Source of the DNA: Acidobacteriota bacterium
Lineage (GTDB): Bacteria; Acidobacteriota; Polarisedimenticolia; Gp22-AA2
Reading direction: 5' to 3'
Assembly: GCA_031394595.1 (NCBI GenBank)
Contig: JANNTZ010000325.1
Span: forward strand, 1-51,356
DNA length: 51,356 bases
Under the pieces are notes generated by a model, which did not search any database, was not told the DNA's origin, and was given only the letters and a program-made list of their open reading frames with translations. The translations under genes and the position numbers were made by a program. Of the stretch, positions 19,955 through 27,959 are shown one piece after another; positions within the stretch are counted from its first letter, which is position 1; each line of letters opens with the position of its first letter.

Positions 19955-20206
19955 ATGAGGGTTCTTCAGTTTCCGCGTCGGCAAGGCCACGCCGCCACGG
20001 CCCTCGGCACCCTCCGTACGATCCTGGAAGACTGCCGGTCAGAACAGCACCGCATCCGGGACGAAGGGGTTCGCCTGAGGACGGCGGTGGCCCGGCTCCG
20101 CCGGCAGGCCCAACAGGTCAGCCGGACACAGGCGGAACTGACACGGGAAGTCGGCCGGCTGCGTCGCTGCGCACGCACCTTCCTCCTCCCTTCCACCGAC
20201 CGCTGA
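19955..20206 (+). CDS. Small coiled-coil hypothetical protein (83 aa)
   Basis: ATG 19955 after AAAGGG. MRVLQFPRR... then a heptad-like helix. Ends 11 bp before the IscS-like gene, downstream of a clear promoter. Confidence 0.55.
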   Translation: MRVLQFPRRQGHAATALGTLRTILEDCRSEQHRIRDEGVRLRTAVARLRRQAQQVSRTQAELTREVGRLRRCARTFLLPSTDR

Positions 20207-20217
20207 TCCACCACAAC

Positions 20218-21498
20218 ATGCGCCGGATCAATGCCGATCACGCCTCCACCACGCCGATCGACCGGCGGGTGCGTGAGGCGATGCTCCCCCACCTCGGAGC
20301 GGACCAGGGAAATCCCTCCAGCCTGCACGGCCGGGGCGCCGCGGCGCGGGTTGCGGTCGACGAGGCGCGACACGCGGTGGCGTCCCTGCTCGGCTGTCCC
20401 GACGACGAGATCCTGTTCACCGGCTCGGCCACCGAGGCCAACAACCTGGCGGTGAAGGGGGTCGCGCTGGCCTGCCCGCAGGGCGGTCGGCTGGTGGCGG
20501 CCTCGACCGAACACCTGTCAATCCTGCACCCGCTTCGGAGTCTTGCCGGCGCGGGATACGAGGTCGTCCTCCTGCCGGTGGATCGCCATGGCCTTCTCGA
20601 CCCGGCGGTCGTTGACCAGGCCCTGGCGCCGGGGGCCGCTCTGATCTCGGTCGCCCATGCCAGCGCCGAGATCGGGACGCTGCAGCCAATCGCGGCGATC
20701 TCCCGGGTGGCACGGGCCCGGGCTGTCCCGCTCCATGTCGATGCGACCGCCTCCGCCTGCCATGTGGCACTGCCGGCGGACGCGGCGGATCTCCTGACCA
20801 TCGCGCCGCATTTGTTCTATGGTCCGCTCGGCACGGCTGCCCTTCGGGTGCGTTCCGGGGTCTCCATCCGGCCGCTCATCGAAGGCGGGACCCAGGAAGC
20901 GGGCCTGCGCCCTGGATCCGAGGCCGTCGGATTGCTGGCCGGTTTCGGAGTGGCGGCGGGGTTGCTGCTCGCGGAGCGGGGCCGGCGAGCGGCCCGCGCC
21001 TCCCGGCTCGCGCGGCGGTTCCGTCGCGCCCTCGCCGGTCGCCTCGACCGCCTGACCTTCACCGGGCACCCACGGCAACGAATCCCGGGCCACGTCAGTC
21101 TCTGCGCCGCCGGCGTCGAGGCCGAGGCGGTCCTCGTCGCCCTCGACGTCGAGGGGATCGAGGCAGCGAGCGGTTCGCCGTGCACGACCCTGGCGCGTCG
21201 TACCTCGCACGTCCTGGAGGCGATCGGGACGGATCCGGTCCTGGCACGCGGAGCGCTGACGTTCATGTTCGGGGAAGACAGCGACGAGAGTGACCCGGCC
21301 ATTCTCGCCCGGGCGCTCACTGCCATTGTCCAGCGGCTGCGCCGCATGGCTCCGGACGTGGATCGTCCCGATGGACCGTCGCGTCCCAGGAAGGCGGTCA
21401 GGCCTGCGGTTCGTCGAGCGAGTCGAGGACGACGCCGGTCGGGATCTTCGGGTGAAAGTAGGTCGTCTTCTGCGGCAGGCGCAGGCCGCCGCGCGTGA
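20218..21498 (+). CDS. IscS/NifS-like class V PLP-fold protein lacking the Schiff-base Lys (degenerate cysteine desulfurase)
   Basis: DHASTTP, GNPSS.HG.G, FTGSATEANN, EH, EIGTLQPI, SGSPCT (Cys kept). APHLFYGPLG stands where SxHKxYGPKG is expected. Confidence 0.85.
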   Translation: MRRINADHASTTPIDRRVREAMLPHLGADQGNPSSLHGRGAAARVAVDEARHAVASLLGCPDDEILFTGSATEANNLAVKGVALACPQGGRLVAASTEHLSILHPLRSLAGAGYEVVLLPVDRHGLLDPAVVDQALAPGAALISVAHASAEIGTLQPIAAISRVARARAVPLHVDATASACHVALPADAADLLTIAPHLFYGPLGTAALRVRSGVSIRPLIEGGTQEAGLRPGSEAVGLLAGFGVAAGLLLAERGRRAARASRLARRFRRALAGRLDRLTFTGHPRQRIPGHVSLCAAGVEAEAVLVALDVEGIEAASGSPCTTLARRTSHVLEAIGTDPVLARGALTFMFGEDSDESDPAILARALTAIVQRLRRMAPDVDRPDGPSRPRKAVRPAVRRASRGRRRSGSSGESRSSSAAGAGRRA

Positions 21499-22693
21499 CC
21501 TCGATCACGCGGGCGATCGGGGTGGGATTCATCAGGATCGCGACGTCGGTTCCGGGAAGGGTGGCGCGGACCGACCACTCCTGATCGTCCTTGACGTACT
21601 CCAGGTGATCCTGCCGGGCCTGTGACTCGAGGCTGATCCCGAGGATCCGCTCGAGCACGATCCGGTGCAGCAGGACGACGTCCAGCCGGCGGAGCGGTGC
21701 CGGGACTGCCTGGAGGCGCGGGTCGTCGAGCCCGGCCCCTTCCTTCCAGGACGCCAGGTGAAACCCGCCCACGCCGCGGACCGCCAGACCGAACACTCCG
21801 ACCCTCTCCCCGCGGTTACCGACCCGATCGCGCAGATCGGCGGCGCTGGCGACCGGTTCCAGTTCGAACAGATCCCCCAGCGCGCGCAGGAACCGCCCGC
21901 CGTCAAACTCCGGCAGTCCCTTCACGAGACGGTGAATCGGCAGGATTCGCAGCCCGGGATCCTCGAGGCTGCAGAAGTACCCCAGCACATGTTCGGCGTC
22001 GTTCCGCCCGGCGGCCCGCCGCTCATCGCGGTAGGCCAGCGCCGATTCGTAACGGTGATGGCCGTCGGCGATGAGCGCCCACTCCGGCCCCAGCCGGCGG
22101 ACCATCGCCTCGATCGTGTCCTTTGCCTCGACGCGGACCACACGCAGACCACCGCCCTGCACCTCGGCCTCGGCCCAGAGGGGCGCGGTCCGGCAGGCTT
22201 CCGCCACCAGCCGCGCCACGGTCCCACCGGGGTCCGGGTGGAGGAAGAAAACCGGGCTGAGGTGGGTGCGGGTCGCGGCCAGAAGCCGCCGTCGATCCTC
22301 ACGCGGGCGATCGAGCGTGCGCTCGTGCGGGAGGACAAGCCCGGTCCCGAAGTCCTCGAGGCGCAGTCGGGCAAAAAAGCCCCGGCGCACGACGGTGCCG
22401 CCGCCCGTCCCGCCAAAGGTCTGCTCGCAGGCATAGAGCGCGGGGCTGCCATCCCGGACGAGCGTGCCTTCGCGGATCCACTCCTGCAGCCCCTGCCGGG
22501 CAGCCACGTACGGATCGCCGCCGGCCGCAGCACGCGGCAGATCGAGGTGGACAATGTTGCGAGGGTGCAGCGCCCCGAGGGCGGTCCGGCCGGCTTCGTC
22601 CAGCACATCGTACGGCGGAGCGATCAGACGGTCTATCCGGGACCTGAGATCGGGCCGCCAGGCCAGGGCTCGGAAGGGCGAGAGCGCCGGCAC
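21398..22693 (-). CDS. DUF1015 family protein
   Basis: PFRAL..APPYDV, LPHERT, LIADGHHRYE, LPQKTTYFHPK are characteristic of DUF1015. Confidence 0.88.
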   Translation of the reverse strand: MPALSPFRALAWRPDLRSRIDRLIAPPYDVLDEAGRTALGALHPRNIVHLDLPRAAAGGDPYVAARQGLQEWIREGTLVRDGSPALYACEQTFGGTGGGTVVRRGFFARLRLEDFGTGLVLPHERTLDRPREDRRRLLAATRTHLSPVFFLHPDPGGTVARLVAEACRTAPLWAEAEVQGGGLRVVRVEAKDTIEAMVRRLGPEWALIADGHHRYESALAYRDERRAAGRNDAEHVLGYFCSLEDPGLRILPIHRLVKGLPEFDGGRFLRALGDLFELEPVASAADLRDRVGNRGERVGVFGLAVRGVGGFHLASWKEGAGLDDPRLQAVPAPLRRLDVVLLHRIVLERILGISLESQARQDHLEYVKDDQEWSVRATLPGTDVAILMNPTPIARVIEVTRGGLRLPQKTTYFHPKIPTGVVLDSLDEPQA

Positions 22694-22697
22694 CGTT

Positions 22698-23345
22698 TCA
22701 GTCCTGGAGTCGTTTGAGCCCCTGGTGGCTCTCCAAGCGGGCCAGGAACTCCCCCTCGATCACCCCGGCGGAGCGCCGGTCGGTCAGCACGCGGATGCCG
22801 CGCTTCCGATCGAGCCCCTGCACGAGCAGACGGGCCCGCAGCTGCAGTTCCGACCCGCCCTCGATCGGTTTGACGATCCCCTCGATCGAGACCTTACCCA
22901 GCTTGACCTTCACCATCTGGAGGATGGTGTAGCCCCCCCCGAAGCGCGGCGGCATTTCGGCAACTGGCTGGGCATAGTTCTCCTGATCGAAGTCCACGAA
23001 GGAGGTTTTGACGGTTCGTCGCGCCTCATCCACCTCCTCCGGGGGATAACCGGCCGACGGCAGTTCCCCGACGAGAGCCTTCCACAGTTTCTTCGGCCTG
23101 GCTGCATAGGTCCGTTTCAGGAACACCGACACGGCGTCCGGGTGGATCGCCCCGCTCTCGGTCTCACCCGGGGTCTCGGTCTCCCCCGGGCCCTCGCCCT
23201 CCGGACCCTCCGGGGGGGGCGCCGGATTGTCGAAGCCGGCGGCGGGGATCACCGCCACCATCACCGCCAGAATGATTGCCGTGGGCAGGATCGCGGACCA
23301 GGAAGCGCGGGGCGGACCGATCTGAAACATGAGTGCCTTCTCCAT
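22698..23345 (-). CDS. Exported hypothetical protein
   Basis: Hydrophobic N-terminal segment, Pro/Glu-rich linker, alpha/beta body. Start 23345 or 23330. Confidence 0.7.
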   Translation of the reverse strand: MEKALMFQIGPPRASWSAILPTAIILAVMVAVIPAAGFDNPAPPPEGPEGEGPGETETPGETESGAIHPDAVSVFLKRTYAARPKKLWKALVGELPSAGYPPEEVDEARRTVKTSFVDFDQENYAQPVAEMPPRFGGGYTILQMVKVKLGKVSIEGIVKPIEGGSELQLRARLLVQGLDRKRGIRVLTDRRSAGVIEGEFLARLESHQGLKRLQD

Positions 23346-23414
23346 CGTCGTTCGGGATGCAGGCGAGTATAGCACGCAGATCGGGCTGCGCCCGGGCGGG
23401 CGCCACGGCCTTCC

Positions 23415-23442
23415 TTGACTTTTGAGGTTCGCCGCGTAGAAT
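23415..23442 (+). promoter_or_regulatory. sigma70 promoter giving a near-leaderless DsbA-like transcript
   Basis: TTGACT, 16 bp spacer, TAGAAT, with the ATG only 8 bp after the -10 box. Confidence 0.6.
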
Positions 23443-23450
23443 CGTTCGTC

Positions 23451-24422
23451 ATGCGGCCCTTGCGCGTCCTCGGGATCATTGCGCTCTCAACCCTTGGCGG
23501 ACTCACGTTCCCGACCGAGGGACAAGCCGCCACGCATCCCGTCATCACCGATCCAGCCGACGTGAAAGAGGTCGATTTCACCGGCATGTCGGAGACGCAG
23601 AAGAAACTGGCGCTCAAGGTCATGAACGCGCAGATGTGCAACTGCGGGTGCGACATGAAGGTGGCGGAGTGCCGGCTGCGGGATTCCTCCTGCCGCCGCA
23701 GCCTGATCTTCGCCCGCACCATCATGGACGCCATCCGCGAGGGCGGAAGCGAGGCCAAGGTCGTCGAAGCCTACCAGGCAAAGGCCTCCACTTTTGTCGA
23801 GGCGAAGATGCCCGACGATCGCGGCGTCGTCTACGCCATCCAGACTTCCGGAAGCCCGGTGCGCGGGCGGACCGAGGCGTCGGTGACCATCGTCGAGTTC
23901 TCCGATTTCCAGTGCCCGTACTGCAAGGAACTCCAGGAGACGCTGGACCAGGTCCTCAAGGCCTTCCCCCAGGATGTGCGGCTGGTGTTCAAGCAATACC
24001 CCCTCAACATCCACCAGTACGCGCATCAGGCCTCGGTTGCGGCCCTGGCGGCCCACGCGCAGGGGAAGTTCTGGCCGCTTCACGACAAGCTGTTCCAGAA
24101 CTTCAGCGCCATCAACGAGGAGAACATCAAGCGCTGGGCCCGCGAAACCGGCTTGAACATGGGCCAGTTCGAGAAGGACATGCAATCGGGCAAGTTCGAG
24201 ACCGCCGTCCAGAAGGACATGGCCGACGGTGCCGGCGCCAAGGTGCTCGGCACGCCGACAATCTTCGTGAATGGCCGCCGGTTGCAGGAGCGTTCGTTCG
24301 AGGCCTTCAAGAAAGCGATCCAGGAAGAGCTGGCCGCGATCAAACCCGGCAGCACCGCCCCCAAGCCGGCCCCTTCAGCCCCGACCAAGCCGGGATCCGC
24401 GAAACCCTCCGGATCGCGCTGA
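23451..24422 (+). CDS. Exported DsbA/Com1-like thioredoxin-fold protein with a Cys-rich N-terminal module
   Basis: Signal peptide, CNCGC..C....C module, VTIVEFSDFQCPYC (CxxC), GTPTIFVNG (cis-Pro). Confidence 0.88.
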   Translation: MRPLRVLGIIALSTLGGLTFPTEGQAATHPVITDPADVKEVDFTGMSETQKKLALKVMNAQMCNCGCDMKVAECRLRDSSCRRSLIFARTIMDAIREGGSEAKVVEAYQAKASTFVEAKMPDDRGVVYAIQTSGSPVRGRTEASVTIVEFSDFQCPYCKELQETLDQVLKAFPQDVRLVFKQYPLNIHQYAHQASVAALAAHAQGKFWPLHDKLFQNFSAINEENIKRWARETGLNMGQFEKDMQSGKFETAVQKDMADGAGAKVLGTPTIFVNGRRLQERSFEAFKKAIQEELAAIKPGSTAPKPAPSAPTKPGSAKPSGSR

Positions 24423-24423
24423 C

Positions 24424-26577
24424 TCAGTCCCGCCCCGGAAGACGGCGACGCAGACGATCGAGAACCCCGCGTATCTCCTGCGCTCCCGGCTGGCCGGGAT
24501 CCAGCCGCAGCGACTCCTCCAGATGCCGCACTGCCCGTTCGAGATCGCCGCCGGGGTCCGCATACAGGAGGCCGAGGCTCCGGTGGGCGTCCGCGAGCGT
24601 CGGATCGATCCGCAGCGCTCCGATGTACTGCTTCATCGCCGCCGTCCGCTCGCCGCGGGCGGCCAGCAGGTAACCGAGAAAATTGGCCGCCCGCGCCGAC
24701 GGCGGAGACCCACCCGCCGCGGCGCGGAACTCGATCTCGGCCGTCGCACGATCCCCGCGCCGGAAGGCGACTTCTCCGATCCCGCGACGCACTTCGGGGT
24801 GGACCGGATCGATTCGGGCCGCCTCGAGGAATCGGCGGTCGGCATCCTCGCCCCGGCCGGCCGCCAGCAGGGCGTCCGCGAGGTTGACGCGATAGATCGC
24901 GGTCCGTGGATCGAGATCGACGGCCCGCTCAAGGGTGGTGACGGCCGCGCCCACTTCTCCGCGCGCCAGATGGACCGAGCCGAGGTCGTTCCACGCCAGT
25001 GGCAGATCGGGATCGATCGCCAGAGCCCGGCGGAACTCCGCCTCCGCCCGGACCAGATCGCCCGCTGCCCGGTGCGCCGTACCAAGGTTGACGGCAAGGA
25101 GTGCGTTCCGCGGTTGATCGACCACCGCCGCCGTCAGCAGGTCGCGTCCCTCCACCGCCCGGCCCTGCTGCACCAGCGCCATCCCCAGGTTGACCCGCGC
25201 GTCGGCGAACTGCGGGTAAATGGCCAGGGCCGCCCGGTAGTGGGCCTCCGCCTCGTCGTAGGTCGCCTCCCGGAGATACGCGTTCCCCAGGTTGTAGCGG
25301 ATCCGGGCGCTGCGTGGTGAAACCTGCGCGGCGCTGCTGTACAGGGAGAAATCGTCCTTCCACTCCGGGATACGGACCCAGGCCCGGGCCGCGGCCACCC
25401 CGACGATCAGGCTCCCGGCGGTGAGGCACACGGACGCGGTCCGCCCGCGGCCCGCCCCGACCAGCACGCCGAACAGCAGACAGACGCCCACACTCGGGAG
25501 ATACATCAGCCGCTCCGCCAGCAGCGTGCCGATGAAGACGACAAGATTGCTCGCCAGCGCCGCGCTGATGGCGATCCAGAGAAGCGCGAACGCGGCGGCG
25601 GGTCGGCGCCGGATCAGCAACGCCCCGCCCCCGACCGTGAGCAGGACGACCGCCAGACCGATCGTCGCCAGTGGGTCGCCTGGCCATCGGATCACCGGGA
25701 TCTGATCGAACGAGTAGTCGGCCGACAGGCGCGCGGGCCAGACCAGGAGACCCGCGTAACGGGCCACGGCGCCCAGGGCCGTCAATCGTCCCTCCACCGG
25801 CCCCGCGGATGCCGCCGGGTTGTCCACGAACGGCACCGCCCCTCCGACCCCGAGGGACCCGAGGGCGGCGACACGCAGGCCGAGATAGACCAGGAGGACC
25901 ACGCCATAGCCGGCGTACAGCAGGGTCCGGCGGCGGCCGGTGGGTGCTGAGCGCGGAAACGCGAGGCCGTCAAGAACGCTGAGGATCGGGGCGACGATCG
26001 CCGACTCCTTCGCCATCACACCGATGAGGTACGCAACCCAGGCCGCCGCAGTCAGACCGGTTGCTCGACGGCCCGTGGCGCGCGCCGCCAGCCGGTGACA
26101 GATCAGCGTGCCGAGGACGCCGCAGGCGGCAAGGAGTTCCGCCCGGCCGACAATCCCGGCGACCGCCTCCACATGGATCGGGTGCGCCGCGAACAGCAAC
26201 CCGGCGAACAGCGGCGCCGCCGTGCCGCCCAGAAGGCCAGCGGCGAGACGGACGACCAGCCAGGTGGCCAGGCCATGGAGAACCACGTTGACCAGATGGA
26301 ACGTCCGTGGACGCAGGCCACCTGCCACGGCGTGGTCGAGACCGAAGGTCGCACTGGTCAGGGGTCGGTACAGCGTCCGGTCGCGCACCGCGGTGTTCCA
26401 ATACGGCGTGACGAAAACGCGCTGCAGCTGCCCCGGGTCCCGGACCAACGGGTTCAGGCCGATGGCTGCATGATCGTCGAATACAAAGTCATGGCCGAGG
26501 GTCGGCAGGTAAAGCAGGAGGGCCAGAACAGGACCGGCGAAGAGCAGGACCCGCCGGACCGCGGCCCGGTCCGTCAA
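24424..26577 (-). CDS. TMTC-like GT-C membrane glycosyltransferase (DUF1736-like) with C-terminal TPR repeats
   Basis: FVFDDH loop, LYRPL, HLVNVVLH, HPIHVEAVAGIVGRAELLA, KESAI, SADYSF, AERLMYLPS, then TPRs. TTG start overlaps the upstream stop by 4 bp. Confidence 0.85.
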   Translation of the reverse strand: MTDRAAVRRVLLFAGPVLALLLYLPTLGHDFVFDDHAAIGLNPLVRDPGQLQRVFVTPYWNTAVRDRTLYRPLTSATFGLDHAVAGGLRPRTFHLVNVVLHGLATWLVVRLAAGLLGGTAAPLFAGLLFAAHPIHVEAVAGIVGRAELLAACGVLGTLICHRLAARATGRRATGLTAAAWVAYLIGVMAKESAIVAPILSVLDGLAFPRSAPTGRRRTLLYAGYGVVLLVYLGLRVAALGSLGVGGAVPFVDNPAASAGPVEGRLTALGAVARYAGLLVWPARLSADYSFDQIPVIRWPGDPLATIGLAVVLLTVGGGALLIRRRPAAAFALLWIAISAALASNLVVFIGTLLAERLMYLPSVGVCLLFGVLVGAGRGRTASVCLTAGSLIVGVAAARAWVRIPEWKDDFSLYSSAAQVSPRSARIRYNLGNAYLREATYDEAEAHYRAALAIYPQFADARVNLGMALVQQGRAVEGRDLLTAAVVDQPRNALLAVNLGTAHRAAGDLVRAEAEFRRALAIDPDLPLAWNDLGSVHLARGEVGAAVTTLERAVDLDPRTAIYRVNLADALLAAGRGEDADRRFLEAARIDPVHPEVRRGIGEVAFRRGDRATAEIEFRAAAGGSPPSARAANFLGYLLAARGERTAAMKQYIGALRIDPTLADAHRSLGLLYADPGGDLERAVRHLEESLRLDPGQPGAQEIRGVLDRLRRRLPGRD

Positions 26578-27428
26578 GGGTCGCGGGTCGCGGTGCCGCC
26601 CGTCCCCTCCGGGGCGGCGGCGCCCGCGGGTCCAGCCGCACCGGGGGGGGACGCCGCCAGCAGTTTCACGTCACGGAGCCCGCCGCCGCGCATGTCGACA
26701 CGCCCCTCGACCTGGGTGTGACGGCCCTCTTCCACGGCAACATCCAGCAGGAAAGTCGTGGCCCGGTGGATGTAGACGCCGCTCCGGGTCAGCAGATCGA
26801 TGGCGAGGTAGAGATCGTAGACACCCGGCGCAAGGTCGAAATCCATCCGTTCGGCCACCGTCGCGCAGCGGTTGATCTCGCTCCAGTACGGGACAAGATC
26901 ACCGGGAGCGATGCGCCGAGCCGGCGGTACTGTGGCACCGCTGTCGGACACCTGGGGCGAGGGTGTCGCGACATTCGGCGTGAGCCCCGCCTTCGAGGCC
27001 GGTCGCCAGGTCGCGGTGCGGATCAGCGGCGACTCGAACAGCAGGATGGCTTCGTCGGCGCTCCCCCGCTTCACCGCGGCGAGGATCATCTGGTACCCGA
27101 AGGTGACAATGGTCGTGGCGCCCCTGGCCGGTTTCCGCCCCTGCGGTGGGTTCTGCTTGACGACCCGGTCATCCTGCGCTGTACACCAGCGACGGTTGCC
27201 GTCGAAAGCGATCCGGAGGCGACCGGTCCCGGGCACGGGACTCTCGGCCAGATCCATCGCCCTGATGTGCGGCGGCCGCACCTCCGGAGCCGGGATCGAG
27301 ATGATCTCGTCCTCGATCGGCTCGGCGACATCGACCGGTTCGTCAGGATCCTGGATGGGCGGCGCCGCGCCGGTGGCAGCCACTGCAGCCAGGACCGCCC
27401 AGACGACGAGCCCGCTTCGAAGACCCAT
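26574..27428 (-). CDS. Exported hypothetical protein
   Basis: Signal peptide MGLRSGLVVWAVLAAVAATGAA. Coupled to the TMTC-like gene. Confidence 0.7.
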   Translation of the reverse strand: MGLRSGLVVWAVLAAVAATGAAPPIQDPDEPVDVAEPIEDEIISIPAPEVRPPHIRAMDLAESPVPGTGRLRIAFDGNRRWCTAQDDRVVKQNPPQGRKPARGATTIVTFGYQMILAAVKRGSADEAILLFESPLIRTATWRPASKAGLTPNVATPSPQVSDSGATVPPARRIAPGDLVPYWSEINRCATVAERMDFDLAPGVYDLYLAIDLLTRSGVYIHRATTFLLDVAVEEGRHTQVEGRVDMRGGGLRDVKLLAASPPGAAGPAGAAAPEGTGGTATRDP

Positions 27429-27513
27429 CCTCGTTCCCCTCCCGCCCGCCGGGATCCGATGGCTGTGGTAGAGTGACGGTCAGTTCACCCGGCCGGATGA
27501 CCGGAGCAGCGGC

Positions 27514-27542
27514 ATTATAGCCTCCGCTTCAGGGACCGCCAA
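27514..27542 (-). promoter_or_regulatory. sigma70 promoter for the exported protein-TMTC operon
   Basis: TTGGCG (27542-27537), 17 bp spacer, TATAAT (27519-27514). Confidence 0.6.
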
Positions 27543-27592
27543 TCAGGATGGGTGGATTCCGGCGGACGCCCGATCGGGGATCGGGAAGGAAA

Positions 27593-27749
27593 CATGGTTT
27601 TCCCGGAACTGCCTCTGTTCCGTCGACTGAGGTTGACTTACGTGGAGCCGGAGGCCGAACCTCCGGCCATCTTGAGGGGAAAGTCGTGCGGAGGTCTCAA
27701 GGACGCGGTCAACTTCTGGAAGGCGGGCAGTTCCGGGAAATTCACCATG
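27593..27749. ncRNA. Candidate structured RNA (long closing stem with branched top), identity unknown
   Basis: Perfect 15-bp inverted repeat TTTCCCGGAACTGCC (27599-27613) / GGCAGTTCCGGGAAA (27726-27740), extended by CATGGT/ACCATG. Inner stems GAGGTTGAC/GTCAACTTC, CCGGAGG/CCTCCGG and CTTGAG/CTCAAG. Confidence 0.4.
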
Positions 27750-27849
27750 CGTCACCAGACATCCCGCGGACCCGCCACCTCGTCGGCGCCGGTCGTCCGC
27801 ATCCCGTTCGACTTGCCTCTGGATCATAGGCCTCGACTGCAACTTTCAT
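27742..27849 (-). CDS. Candidate small ORF (35 aa)
   Basis: MKVAVEAYDPEASRTGCGRPAPTRWRVRGMSGDAW. AGGA lies 5 nt before the ATG, downstream of a consensus promoter. The stop overlaps the base of the long hairpin. Confidence 0.3.
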   Translation of the reverse strand: MKVAVEAYDPEASRTGCGRPAPTRWRVRGMSGDAW

Positions 27850-27901
27850 GAGCGTCCTGTCATCCGTCTGCGCTTCAAAGGAAAATTGAACGGTGCATCG
27901 G

Positions 27902-27930
27902 ACAGTACTCAACATCTAGGGCCGTGTCAA
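27902..27930 (-). promoter_or_regulatory. Strong sigma70 promoter pointing into the 27.5-27.9 kb intergenic element
   Basis: TTGACA (27930-27925), 17 bp spacer, TACTGT (27907-27902). Confidence 0.65.
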
Positions 27931-27959
27931 GCCCCCCGACACAAAATGTTGTAGTCCCG

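Noticed and set aside
27640-27670. tRNA/tmRNA-like 3' end (GGAGGTTCGGCCTCCGGCTCCAC on the minus strand)
   Set aside because: The loop is not a canonical TTCRANY T-loop, there is no CCA, and no matching 5' acceptor strand was found.
27593-27749. MITE with terminal inverted repeats
   Set aside because: The flanks show no target-site duplication, there is no second full copy in the window, and the interior is itself paired like an RNA. Not fully excluded without a genome-wide search.
27548-27900. RNase P RNA or SRP RNA
   Set aside because: Only a loose GGAAAGTC resemblance. The universal P4 motifs and the SRP CAGG..GGAA..AGCAG helix are absent.
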